From: an uncultured Chloroflexia bacterium
GTDB lineage: Bacteria > Chloroflexota > Anaerolineae > Anaerolineales > UBA4823
NCBI GenBank assembly: GCA_963827155.1
Contig: CAWGZV010000003.1
Span: 226,436 to 290,435, forward strand
Length of the DNA: 64,000 nucleotides
Reading direction: 5' to 3'
Every line of letters starts with the position of its first letter. Position 1 is the stretch's first letter. The notes below the pieces were generated by a model. The model did no database searches. It had not been told where the DNA came from and worked only from the letters and a program-made list of their open reading frames with translations. Shown here piece after piece: positions 1-8,455 of the stretch. Both the position numbers and the translations under genes were made by a program.

Positions 1-1
1 A

Positions 2-178
2 ATCATCGCGGTGGAGCGGGGTCAGAATGGGTTCGGCTATGACCCAATTTTCCAGCTTCCTGGTATAGGAAAGACGATGTCTGAGCTGAGTATGGCGGAG
101 AAGAACAAGTTGAGCCACCGAGCCAGAGCGGCACTTGCAGTAGTCCCCCTGCTGAAGGAATACCTAGCAAATCGTTAA
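2..178 (+). CDS. rdgB: 3' end of RdgB/HAM1 non-canonical purine NTP pyrophosphatase (partial)
   Basis: Manual translation from base 2 gives ...[11 protein letters not shown]...[11 protein letters not shown]...*. GFGYDPIF and SHR are HAM1 signature motifs. Confidence 0.9.
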   Translation: MIAVERGQNGFGYDPIFQLPGIGKTMSELSMAEKNKLSHRARAALAVVPLLKEYLANR

Positions 179-220
179 GGAATGCTTGCATCTCCGGGGG
201 AATCAGATATCATCTAAAGG

Positions 221-1976
221 ATGAGCAGAAATGGGTATTCCGCTCCGCTGGATTGGATCGTCATCAGCGCTCGCTGGGTTTTCATCCTAGCAGTGAGTTT
301 TTGGATGATATTAGATGGGGATTCGAATCGAGCAGCGGTGTTGATTTTAGCCCTAACCGGAATTGGGAATCTCGCTGTAATGGGAATTCTTCTTACTCGA
401 TGCTTTTTTCCTGAGCTGCGGCTGCTTTCGACTTTGGGTGATTTTATCATTGCCCTTGTCTTGTTTAATATTTCTATGGATGCCAGCAAGGAAATGATCT
501 GGCTGGGAGCTCCTGCCATTAATCACAGCGGCATTGTATTATCAATGGATCGGCGTGATCAGCGTTATTCTGGCGAACCTGGCAGTTCAAATCACTCTTT
601 TAGTATCCACGTACCGGCTCGAGCAGCGTTTTTTGACAATGGGGTCAAACATTTTTTTGTATTTGGTGGTTGGATGCGGTTTGGCGTATTTCAGCTTAAA
701 GAGTATGTATCCGGACCGATCTAGAAGAAGGGTCGAAAAAAAACAGCTCACACCTGCAGGAAAGAGGAGTTTAGAACGCCGCCAAACACTCTACGACTTG
801 ATCTCGCAATTAAGCTCCACGCTGAATTATCAAAAAGTTCTGGAGACTTCACTGGACTTGGGCTCGATTGCACTGGCAGAGATCGGCGCTCCGGTTGAAA
901 AGCTGGCCAGTGCTGTGCTGCTATTTATCGATGAGCCCTCGAAGCCTCCAGAGATGCGGATTGCAACGGCGCGTCATCTGCTAAACTCGGATCGGACGAT
1001 CATGCTGGCAGGAGTACGCGGACTCTTGGCGCAGGTGATTGAAAATGGAGCTGCTTGTGAGATAAAAGAGCCGAAGAACGATCCTGAGCTAGGCCGGCTG
1101 ATCGCGCTGCATGCAACGCGTTCAGCCTATGCCCTGCCGCTGCGCACTGGATTGGATACCTATGGGGTGCTGCTTTTTGCCCATCCGGATTCAGATTTCT
1201 TCCTGCCAGAAAGATGTGAAGTGCTCGGAATTATCTGCAACCAATCCACAATCGCAATCCAAAATGCGCGCCTTTACCAAGAGCTGGAGAAAGAGAAGAA
1301 CCGGATGATGGAAATCCAGGAGGAATCGCGCAAAAAGCTGGCGCGCGACCTTCATGATGGACCTACCCAGTCAATTTCGGCGATAGCAATGCGGATCAAC
1401 TTCACAAGGCGTTTGATGGATCGAGATGCGAAATTAGCCGCGGACGAGCTCTTCAAAATTGAGGACCTGGCTCGAAAAACGACAAAAGAAATCCGGCACA
1501 TGCTTTTTACCCTGCGACCGCTGGTGCTGGAATCCAAAGGGCTGATAGCCGCTCTTGAATTGATGGCTCAAAAAATGCAGGAGACTTATGACCAAAACGT
1601 GGTCGTCAGAGCAGATCCGCAAGTGGTTGAACAGCTTGGAGCCGGGAAAGCCGGAGTTATCTTTTACATCATAGAAGAGGCAGTCGCTAATGCCAGGAAA
1701 CATGCCTCTGCGAAGCATATCTGGGTGCGTCTGAAATTACTTCACGATGGCGTCTGCTTTCTGGAAATTGAAGACGATGGGATTGGTTTCGACAGCCGCC
1801 TTGTAGACGCCGGTTATGATAGTCGCGGGAGCTTGGGCATGATCAATCTGAAAGAAAGGACCGGTCTGATCAACGGCATTCTGAATATCGATTTAACGGT
1901 TGGTCGCGGGACGTCAGTGAAGGTACTAATCCCCTTAAACGATGAAGCCGCAGACCGCATTCATCGAAGGGGCTGA
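221..1976 (+). CDS. Membrane-bound GAF-domain sensor histidine kinase (HisKA_3/NarX-DegS type), frameshifted near 520-535
   Basis: The hydrophobic N-terminus (221 frame) continues in ORF 534-1976. That ORF has a GAF region, H-box ESRKKLARDLHDGPTQ, N-box EAVANARKH and G-boxes DDGIGF, GSLGM and GRGT. Confidence 0.85.
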
Positions 1977-2024
1977 TCCTCTCATGGTTGTGATTCGAAA
2001 ATAATCAATAAAGCGAAAAGTATA

Positions 2025-2795
2025 ATGCCAATCAGCGCGAATATTTATTACCATTATTATGAAGGCAGCAAGCCCGGGTATCGACCACCAGTCGTATTGA
2101 TCCACGGGGCAAGCGGAAACCATCTTTATTGGCCGGCCGAGATCCGGCGCCTGCCTGGATTCAGAGTCTTTGCACCAGACCTGCCTGGACATGGAAAATC
2201 AGGCGGGAGAGGCTTTCAATCGGTTGAAAACTATGTTGAGCCTCTGGTTGGTTGGCTGGATGAGCTTGGGATTTACCGGATTGTGGTGGTAGGGCATTCG
2301 ATGGGCAGCGCAATTGCTCTGATGATTGCTTTGAAATATCCTGAACGTCTGGAAGGTCAGATTTTGATCGGCGGTGGGGCACGATTGAAAGTTGCTCCGA
2401 AACTGCTTGAATTTGCCGAGAGCCCGACTACCTGGAGGAATGCTGTCCATTTGATTGTTGATTGGTCTTTCAGCGCGCAAGCGCCGGTGCGGTTGAAAGA
2501 GCTTGCCGAGAAACGCATGGAAGAAGGTCGCGCAAGCGTGCTGCTTGGTGACCTTCAAGCCTGTTCCGCGTTTGATTTCACCGAGCAAATTGACCAGGTT
2601 AAAACACCCACGCTGATATTGTGCGGCGCTGAGGACCGCATGACCCCCATCCGCAATTCCGAATATTTAGCTGAGAAGCTCCCGGACGCGAAACTCGAAC
2701 GAATCAGTGGGGCTGGGCATATGGTCCAGCTGGAGCAGCCGGAAACCGTCGCCAGCAAGATCCTGGAGTTCTTAACGGGGATCCAGTATCATTGA
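2025..2795 (+). CDS. Alpha/beta fold hydrolase
   Basis: HG oxyanion motif (LIHGASG), DLPGHG, nucleophile elbow GHSMG, acid in GAEDRM, His in AGHM. Confidence 0.9.
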   Translation: MPISANIYYHYYEGSKPGYRPPVVLIHGASGNHLYWPAEIRRLPGFRVFAPDLPGHGKSGGRGFQSVENYVEPLVGWLDELGIYRIVVVGHSMGSAIALMIALKYPERLEGQILIGGGARLKVAPKLLEFAESPTTWRNAVHLIVDWSFSAQAPVRLKELAEKRMEEGRASVLLGDLQACSAFDFTEQIDQVKTPTLILCGAEDRMTPIRNSEYLAEKLPDAKLERISGAGHMVQLEQPETVASKILEFLTGIQYH

Positions 2796-2804
2796 CTGGA
2801 TCTC

Positions 2805-2833
2805 TTGTCGAATCTATTCTGTCGTGGTATATT
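2805..2833 (+). promoter_or_regulatory. Sigma70-type promoter for tRNA-Val/thrS
   Basis: TTGTCG (2805-2810), 17-nt spacer, TATATT (2828-2833) with an extended -10 TG. Confidence 0.65.
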
Positions 2834-2845
2834 CTTTGGACGTTC

Positions 2846-2919
2846 GGGCGGATAGCTCAGTTGGTTAGAGCACTGCGTTGACATCGCAGAGGTCGTAGGT
2901 TCGAGCCCTATTCCGCCCA
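2846..2919 (+). tRNA. tRNA-Val(GAC), CCA not encoded
   Basis: Acceptor stem GGGCGGA/TCCGCCC, D-arm TAGCTCAGTTGGTTAGAGC, anticodon arm CTGCG-TTGACAT-CGCAG, T-loop GGTTCGAGCCC. Confidence 0.97.
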
Positions 2920-2932
2920 CTCTAGACCCAAA

Positions 2933-3192
2933 CGCGAAGATCGGGACGAGTAGCCAGAGCCATTTCCAACAGGGAATGGAGACCTGAGATTGAGAGCCTC
3001 CATCGGTTTATGACTGGCGAAAACCCCCCGTGAGCGTGACCCAGAAAAGGTAATTGGCGGCGAGCCAATTCTTGAGTAAGGCGAACGGTTGACCCCGTTA
3101 TCAGTCCTTCAGAGATACCCCTGCGGGGGTAATCTGGGTGGAACCGCGTGAGTGAGCATCTCTCGCCCCAGGATGGGTGAGAGTTTTTTTTA
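2933..3192 (+). promoter_or_regulatory. T-box riboswitch (Thr, specifier ACC) with intrinsic terminator
   Basis: T-box AATCTGGGTGGAACCGCG (3131-3148). Stem I has AGTAGCCAG...CTGGCGAAA followed by ACC (3023-3025). Terminator CTCTCGCCC...GGGTGAGAG plus T-run (3160-3191). Lies upstream of thrS. Confidence 0.93.
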
Positions 3193-3209
3193 TGAAAGAG
3201 GTGAAAGAG

Positions 3210-5000
3210 ATGGCCGAACAGAGGAATCCCAAATATGAAGAAAGCGATCTTTACCGCATCCGCCATTCCACTGCACATGTGATGGCACAAGCGGTGCTTG
3301 AGATATTCCCAGAAGCCAAATACACCATCGGTCCGCCAGTGGAAGATGGTTTTTACTATGATTTTGATCTGCCTCGCAACCTGACCCCAGAAGACTTAAC
3401 CGATATTGAAAAACGGATGCGATCGATTATATCTGGATCCTATGAATTTAAACGCGTTGTGGTCTCAGCCGATGAAGCTCGCCAGATCTTCAAAAACCAA
3501 CCCTACAAGCTGGAGCTGATCGATGGTCTCGAGCAGGGCGGAATGGATGAATACGGGAATCCGCTGGAACAAAAGGTGGAAATCTCAATATACAAGCACT
3601 CCGATTTCGTGGACTTATGCCGCGGACCTCATGTGGACAGCACACAGATGATCAACCCTGATGCTGTGAAGCTGATGAGTATTGCCGGAGCATATTGGCG
3701 CGGTGACGAGCACAATCCGATGCTGCAGAGAATTTACGGCACGGCCTGGCATAACCCGGACGAGTTAGAAAACTACCTCTGGAAGCTGGAAGAGGCCAAG
3801 CGCCGAGACCACCGCCGATTAGGGCGAGAGCTGGATTTGTTCAGCGTCTCTGATGATGTAGGCTCGGGATTGATTTTGTGGCATCCAAAAGGCGGGATGG
3901 TGAGGAAGATTGCTGAGGACTACTGCCGGCTCGAACACGAGAAGGGCGGATACGATTTCGTCTACTCGCCGCATATCGGCAAGGCCAACCTCTGGGAAAT
4001 CAGCGGGCACCTGGGATGGTATCAAGAGAACATGTATGCACCCCTTGAGATCGACGGGCAAGCTTATTATCTCAAGCCGATGAACTGCCCATTCCACATC
4101 GAGATCTTCAAGAGCCGGATTCGATCTTATCGCGATCTGCCTCTGCGGTTTGCAGAGTGGGGGACGGTCTACCGCTATGAGCGCTCTGGAGTGCTGCACG
4201 GCTTGCTGAGGGTGCGCGGCTTCACCCAGGATGACGCCCATCTTTTCTGCCGTCCAGACCAGATGGCGGAAGAGATTGATCGCGTTTTGGAATTCAGCTT
4301 GAATATCTTGCGAGCCTTCGGGTTCAAGGAGTTCCAAGCGTATCTTTCGACCAGGAATCCTGAAAAAGCAGCCGGATCCCCCGAGATGTGGGAGGCGCCG
4401 ACAGAAGCTCTCAGAGCATCTCTGATACGCGAAGGGGTCCCGTACCAGATTGATGAAGGTGAAGCCACTTTCTACGGTCCGAAGATTGACATTAAGATGA
4501 AGGACGCATTGGGTCGGGAGTGGCAGCTGAGCACGATCCAATTCGATTTCAATCTGCCGGAGCGTTTTGAGTTGGCTTATATTGGCGAGGATGGTCTCGA
4601 ACATCGCCCCTATATGATCCACCGAGCTCTGTTAGGGTCGATGGAGCGTTTTATGGGTGTTTTGATCGAGCATTATGCCGGGGCTTTTCCAGTCTGGCTG
4701 GCACCAGTGCAGGCAGTCCTGATTCCGATCGCAGACCGGCATCTGGAATATATCCATCAAGTGGCAGATCAGCTGAAAGCTGCCGGGCTGAGGGTGGAGG
4801 TCGACGACCGTTCAGAACGGATGAATGCTAAGATCCGGGATGCCCAGAAGATGAAAGTGCCTTACATGCTGGTGGTAGGCGATCAGGAAGTGAACCAGGG
4901 GCAGGTTGCATTGCGCATGCGTTCGGGCGAGAACCCGGGAGCGATCTCGATCGAAGCCTTCCTTGAGAAAGCTGCCCAGGATATTCGCGAGAAGGTTTGA
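3210..5000 (+). CDS. thrS: Threonine--tRNA ligase
   Basis: HSTAHVMAQA, DLCRGPH, RDHRRLG, KPMNCP, YRYERSG, RVRGFTQDDAH, FYGPKID, HRALLGSMERF. ATG 3210 follows GAGGTG. Confidence 0.98.
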   Translation: MAEQRNPKYEESDLYRIRHSTAHVMAQAVLEIFPEAKYTIGPPVEDGFYYDFDLPRNLTPEDLTDIEKRMRSIISGSYEFKRVVVSADEARQIFKNQPYKLELIDGLEQGGMDEYGNPLEQKVEISIYKHSDFVDLCRGPHVDSTQMINPDAVKLMSIAGAYWRGDEHNPMLQRIYGTAWHNPDELENYLWKLEEAKRRDHRRLGRELDLFSVSDDVGSGLILWHPKGGMVRKIAEDYCRLEHEKGGYDFVYSPHIGKANLWEISGHLGWYQENMYAPLEIDGQAYYLKPMNCPFHIEIFKSRIRSYRDLPLRFAEWGTVYRYERSGVLHGLLRVRGFTQDDAHLFCRPDQMAEEIDRVLEFSLNILRAFGFKEFQAYLSTRNPEKAAGSPEMWEAPTEALRASLIREGVPYQIDEGEATFYGPKIDIKMKDALGREWQLSTIQFDFNLPERFELAYIGEDGLEHRPYMIHRALLGSMERFMGVLIEHYAGAFPVWLAPVQAVLIPIADRHLEYIHQVADQLKAAGLRVEVDDRSERMNAKIRDAQKMKVPYMLVVGDQEVNQGQVALRMRSGENPGAISIEAFLEKAAQDIREKV

Positions 5001-5010
5001 AAGAACCGAT

Positions 5011-5055
5011 GAAGCGGCGGACAGCGGTTTTTGCCTTCGTCTGCCGCTTCAATTT
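5011..5055 (+). terminator. Hairpin after thrS
   Basis: GAAGCGGCGGAC...GTCTGCCGCTTC inverted repeat with only a short U-tract. Confidence 0.55.
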
Positions 5056-5076
5056 GAAGGTTGGATGAGCGTTTTG

Positions 5077-5105
5077 TTGACGATTTGCATATTATTTGGT
5101 ATCAT
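5077..5105 (+). promoter_or_regulatory. Sigma70-type promoter of infC-rpmI-rplT
   Basis: TTGACG, 17-nt spacer, TATCAT with an extended -10 TG. Confidence 0.7.
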
Positions 5106-5157
5106 CCCTCGGCGTGTAAAAATCGAATGTTAGCAGGAAGCCTGAAAGGAGCAAGTT

Positions 5158-5685
5158 ATCAGCGCAATAAATTATCGGGTCAATGAAGCAGTTCGCGTTC
5201 CACAAGTCCGCCTGATCGGAGCGAATGGTGAGAATGTTGGGGTTGTTTCGATCGACGAAGCCCAGCAAATGGCTCGGGATGCCGAGCTCGACCTGGTCGA
5301 GGTGGCACCAACCGCCGATCCACCGGTCTGCAGAATTATGGATTTCGGGAAATTCATCTACGAGCGGGCGAAGAAAGAGCGCGAAGCCAGAAAAGCACAA
5401 ACGAAAATCGAGGTTAAAGAAATTCGACTAAGACCCAAGACAAACGAACACCACCGGGATTTAAAAGTGCGCGATGCGCGCCGATGGTTGGAAGGTGGGA
5501 TGAAGGTCAAGGTGCGAATTCGCTTCAGGGGACGTGAGATCAGCTATCCTGAAATTGCCCTGACGGACCTGAAAGAGGTGGCGGAAGATCTTTCGGATAT
5601 CGCCATCGTCGAGCAGGCTCCCGCTTTGGAAGGCCGAACGATGCTGATGGTGCTGGCGCCCGGTAAAGTTATCAAAAAGAAATAA
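5158..5685 (+). CDS. infC: Translation initiation factor IF-3, non-canonical ATC start
   Basis: The frame extends upstream of 5269 with conserved YRVNEAVRVPQVRLIG. SD AAGGAG (5146-5151) lies 6 nt before ATC. Also LDLVEVAP, PPVCRIMDFGKF, KVKVRIRFRGRE. Confidence 0.95.
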   Translation: MSAINYRVNEAVRVPQVRLIGANGENVGVVSIDEAQQMARDAELDLVEVAPTADPPVCRIMDFGKFIYERAKKEREARKAQTKIEVKEIRLRPKTNEHHRDLKVRDARRWLEGGMKVKVRIRFRGREISYPEIALTDLKEVAEDLSDIAIVEQAPALEGRTMLMVLAPGKVIKKK

Positions 5686-5778
5686 AACTCCTGCGCTGAG
5701 CTGTTCCGACAAACTCATTTTTCAACATCCGCGGATGTGCGCAAGACCCGCGGAATTTTGTGTGAAAGGAGAATTACT

Positions 5779-6015
5779 GTGCCTCGTAAGCAAACGGATG
5801 GGAAGTATAAGATCAAAACGCATAAGGCTACTTCGAAGCGTTTCAGGGTTACGGGCTCGGGGAAGCTGATGCGGACAAAAATTGGCAAAAGCCACCTGCG
5901 CCGACGCAGCTCCAAGCGGACCAAGCGCCTGTTCAGCGAAATGCTGCCGGTGAAGGGACGCGGGATCGTCAAGACGGTTCACCGTCTGGCGCCCTATATG
6001 AGCAAGAACGATTAG
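5779..6015 (+). CDS. rpmI: 50S ribosomal protein L35
   Basis: KIKTHKATSKRFRVTGSGK...GKSHL. GTG start after AAGGAG. Canonical position between infC and rplT. Confidence 0.93.
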   Translation: MPRKQTDGKYKIKTHKATSKRFRVTGSGKLMRTKIGKSHLRRRSSKRTKRLFSEMLPVKGRGIVKTVHRLAPYMSKND

Positions 6016-6154
6016 CTGCCTGATTGCGTTGACTGGTGGGTGTGGACTCGTGGAGGACATACCCGATATTCACCAAATTTAGAAAGTTGCGACTGCTGGG
6101 TGTAATAACAGGTAGCTAGACTGCCGGCGCCCAGGGGATCGCAGGAGGAATGAA

Positions 6155-6514
6155 ATGGCTCGTGTAAAGACTGGACCGTATCGTCGCCAACACCATAAAA
6201 AGGTCCTCAAGATCACTAAAGGCCAGTTTGGCACCCGCCACCGCTTGTTCCGGCGAGCCAATGAGGCGATGTTAAAAAGCCTGTGGTATGCCTATCGCGA
6301 CCGCAGAGCGCGCAAGCGTGACCTGCGCAGATTGTGGATTGCCCGTATCAATGCAGCGGCAAGGCAGAACCAAACCACTTACAGCCGGCTGATGCACGAT
6401 ATGAAAGTTGCAAATATTGCACTAAACCGCAAGATGCTCTCGGATCTGGCTGTGCGCGATCCTAAAGCATTTTCTGCCGTGGTATCACTGGCAAATTCAG
6501 CCCAGACCAAGTAA
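6155..6514 (+). CDS. rplT: 50S ribosomal protein L20
   Basis: MARVK...YAYRDRRARKRDLRRLWIARINAAAR...LNRKMLSDLAVRDP. Confidence 0.98.
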   Translation: MARVKTGPYRRQHHKKVLKITKGQFGTRHRLFRRANEAMLKSLWYAYRDRRARKRDLRRLWIARINAAARQNQTTYSRLMHDMKVANIALNRKMLSDLAVRDPKAFSAVVSLANSAQTK

Positions 6515-6532
6515 TTCGTCAGGATTGGAACC

Positions 6533-6578
6533 AACGGGATGGCATTTCCTGGAAGCAGGCGCCATCCCGTTTTCATTT
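6533..6578 (+). terminator. Intrinsic terminator after rplT
   Basis: AACGGGATGGC...GCCATCCCGTT followed by TTCATTT. Confidence 0.7.
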
Positions 6579-6643
6579 CCAGGGCTCCAGAGTCTGATCG
6601 CCATTTTCGGTATAGTATAATTTCTCCGAAAGTGGAGGCAGGC

Positions 6644-6999
6644 ATGCCCAGTGAAAAGAATCACAATTTGATACCGGCGCGAGGCGGCGTATTTAATGAT
6701 CTTGCCCTCCGCATAAAACTAATCATGCGGCTGATTGGAGACCCTCGGGTAAATCCTCTTTAAAGCTCCTCCCAATTGGGGCGCTTCTTTATCTAATTAT
6801 CCCAGACTTTGTGATAGGACCGATTGATGATGTTGCGGTGATCTGGTTGGGAAGCTACTTGTTTGTCGAGCTTTGTCCACCCGATGTAGTGAAAGAGCAC
6901 ACAGATGCGCTAAGACTGGAATTGGGCGGCGAACGGCGGGAACCTGATACACCTGGCGATGAGGTCATCGAGGGGGAATTTTGGGAGAAAAAAGATTAG
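6644..6999 (+). CDS. YkvA/DUF1232-like small membrane protein, frameshifted near 6760
   Basis: Joining the frames gives RLIGDPRVNP..KLLPIGALLYLIIPDFVIGPIDDVAVIW. The YL..PD...G.IDD pattern is typical. SD GGAGG precedes ATG 6644. Confidence 0.7.
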
Positions 7000-7057
7000 C
7001 AATTCCCAAAGCGCACATCCAGTGAACGTTTTGCTCCACGCTAAGGTATCATTTAAT

Positions 7058-8450
7058 GTGAAAGCCGGCAGCATATTCCTGGTCTTTATCCTGGTCTCGT
7101 GCAGCAGCCTGGACCGAGGGGCATCACCTGGCACAGCGACACCATATCCTACCGCGCAGGTTGTGCAGGGATTGACGGTTGAGCCTCCGACTGCCAAACC
7201 TCCGGCAGAACAGATCCTACCAAGCGAGCCACCGGGTCCATTTCTACCAACCATGACAAACCAGCCGTCTAATTCCACCCCGGTAGCGGCTGCGACGCTC
7301 TTGCAGCCTTCATTGACTGCGCTGTCACCGCCTGCGCTTGCGCCGGACGAGTTCCCCGATCCAACGACGGCTGTTTGGACGCCGATCGCGGCAGGGCTGG
7401 AGAAACCGAACGGACTTGCAAGCCCACGGGATGGATCGGGGAGGTTATTTATCCTCGAGCAGACTGGTCGGATCCGGATCTTGCGGGATGGTCTTTTGGA
7501 GCCGCAGCCTTTTCTCGACCTCAGCGATCGAATCACAAGCGCTGGTTTTGAACAAGGACTGCTTGGTCTGGCTTTTCATCCCGATTACGCCCAAACCGGC
7601 TTCTTCTATGTGAACTACACTAATCTGAATGGGGATACAGTAATTGCACGCTACCAGGTATCTTCTCAGGATCCCAACCAGGCAGAGAGAAATAGTGAAG
7701 TCAGGCTTCTGCAGGTAGATCAGCCTTTCGCGAAATCACAATGGGGGCGAGGTAGCCTTTGGTCTGGATGGCTATTTATATCTGGGTCTCGGCGACGGTG
7801 GCTCTGCAGGAGACCCGCAGAATAACGCCCAATCTCTAAACTCTCTGCTTGGGAAAATTCTGCGGATTGATGTGACCGGCAGTGAATCATACAGGATCCC
7901 CCCTACCAATCCGTATGCGCTGGGAGGCGGACGCCCGGAGATTTTTGCTTATGGGTTGCGAAACCCCTGGAGGTTCACATTTGACCCTTTGACAGGCGAT
8001 CTCTTCATTGGGGATGTCGGTCAAAACGCCTGGGAAGAGATCGATACCCTCTCAACAGAACAGATGCAGCAAACAATCCCTGGTGCGGCTTTCAACTTTG
8101 GTTGGAGCTTCTTTGAGGGCAATCACCCTTACAATGGACAAGCGCCTCCGACGATGGAGCTGATCGCTCCGATTGCCGAATACGGGCATGAGCTCGGCTG
8201 TTCAATTACCGGGGGAGTTGTTTACCGAGGCAGCGAACTGCCGAGCTGGCAGGGTGTCTATCTATATGGGGATTACTGCAGCGGTAATGTGTGGGGACTT
8301 AAGAAGTTTGCAGATGGAACCTGGGGACAAAAGCTGCTGTATAAAAACGCGGGTCGAGTCACATCCTTTGGTCAAGACGAAACAGGCGAGGTCTACCTGG
8401 TGGATCAGGATGGAATAATATCAAAGCTGTCTAATCAACAAAGCCAGTAA
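7058..8450 (+). CDS. PQQ-dependent sugar (glucose/sorbosone) dehydrogenase family lipoprotein, frameshifted near 7733
   Basis: Lipobox LVSC and Pro/Thr linker. EQGLLGLAFHPDY; QPFA|NHNGG is restored by removing one A. Also GLGDGG, GKILRID, YGLRNPWR, GDVGQ, GDYCSG. Confidence 0.88.
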
Positions 8451-8455
8451 GAAAA

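Noticed and set aside
221-1976. Orphan kinase as a novel signalling system
   Set aside because: The cognate regulator may lie outside the window, and GAF-HisKA_3 kinases are common.
2846-2919. tRNA as an integration site for a genomic island
   Set aside because: No integrase is present, no duplicated tRNA 3' end was noticed, and the flanks are housekeeping genes.
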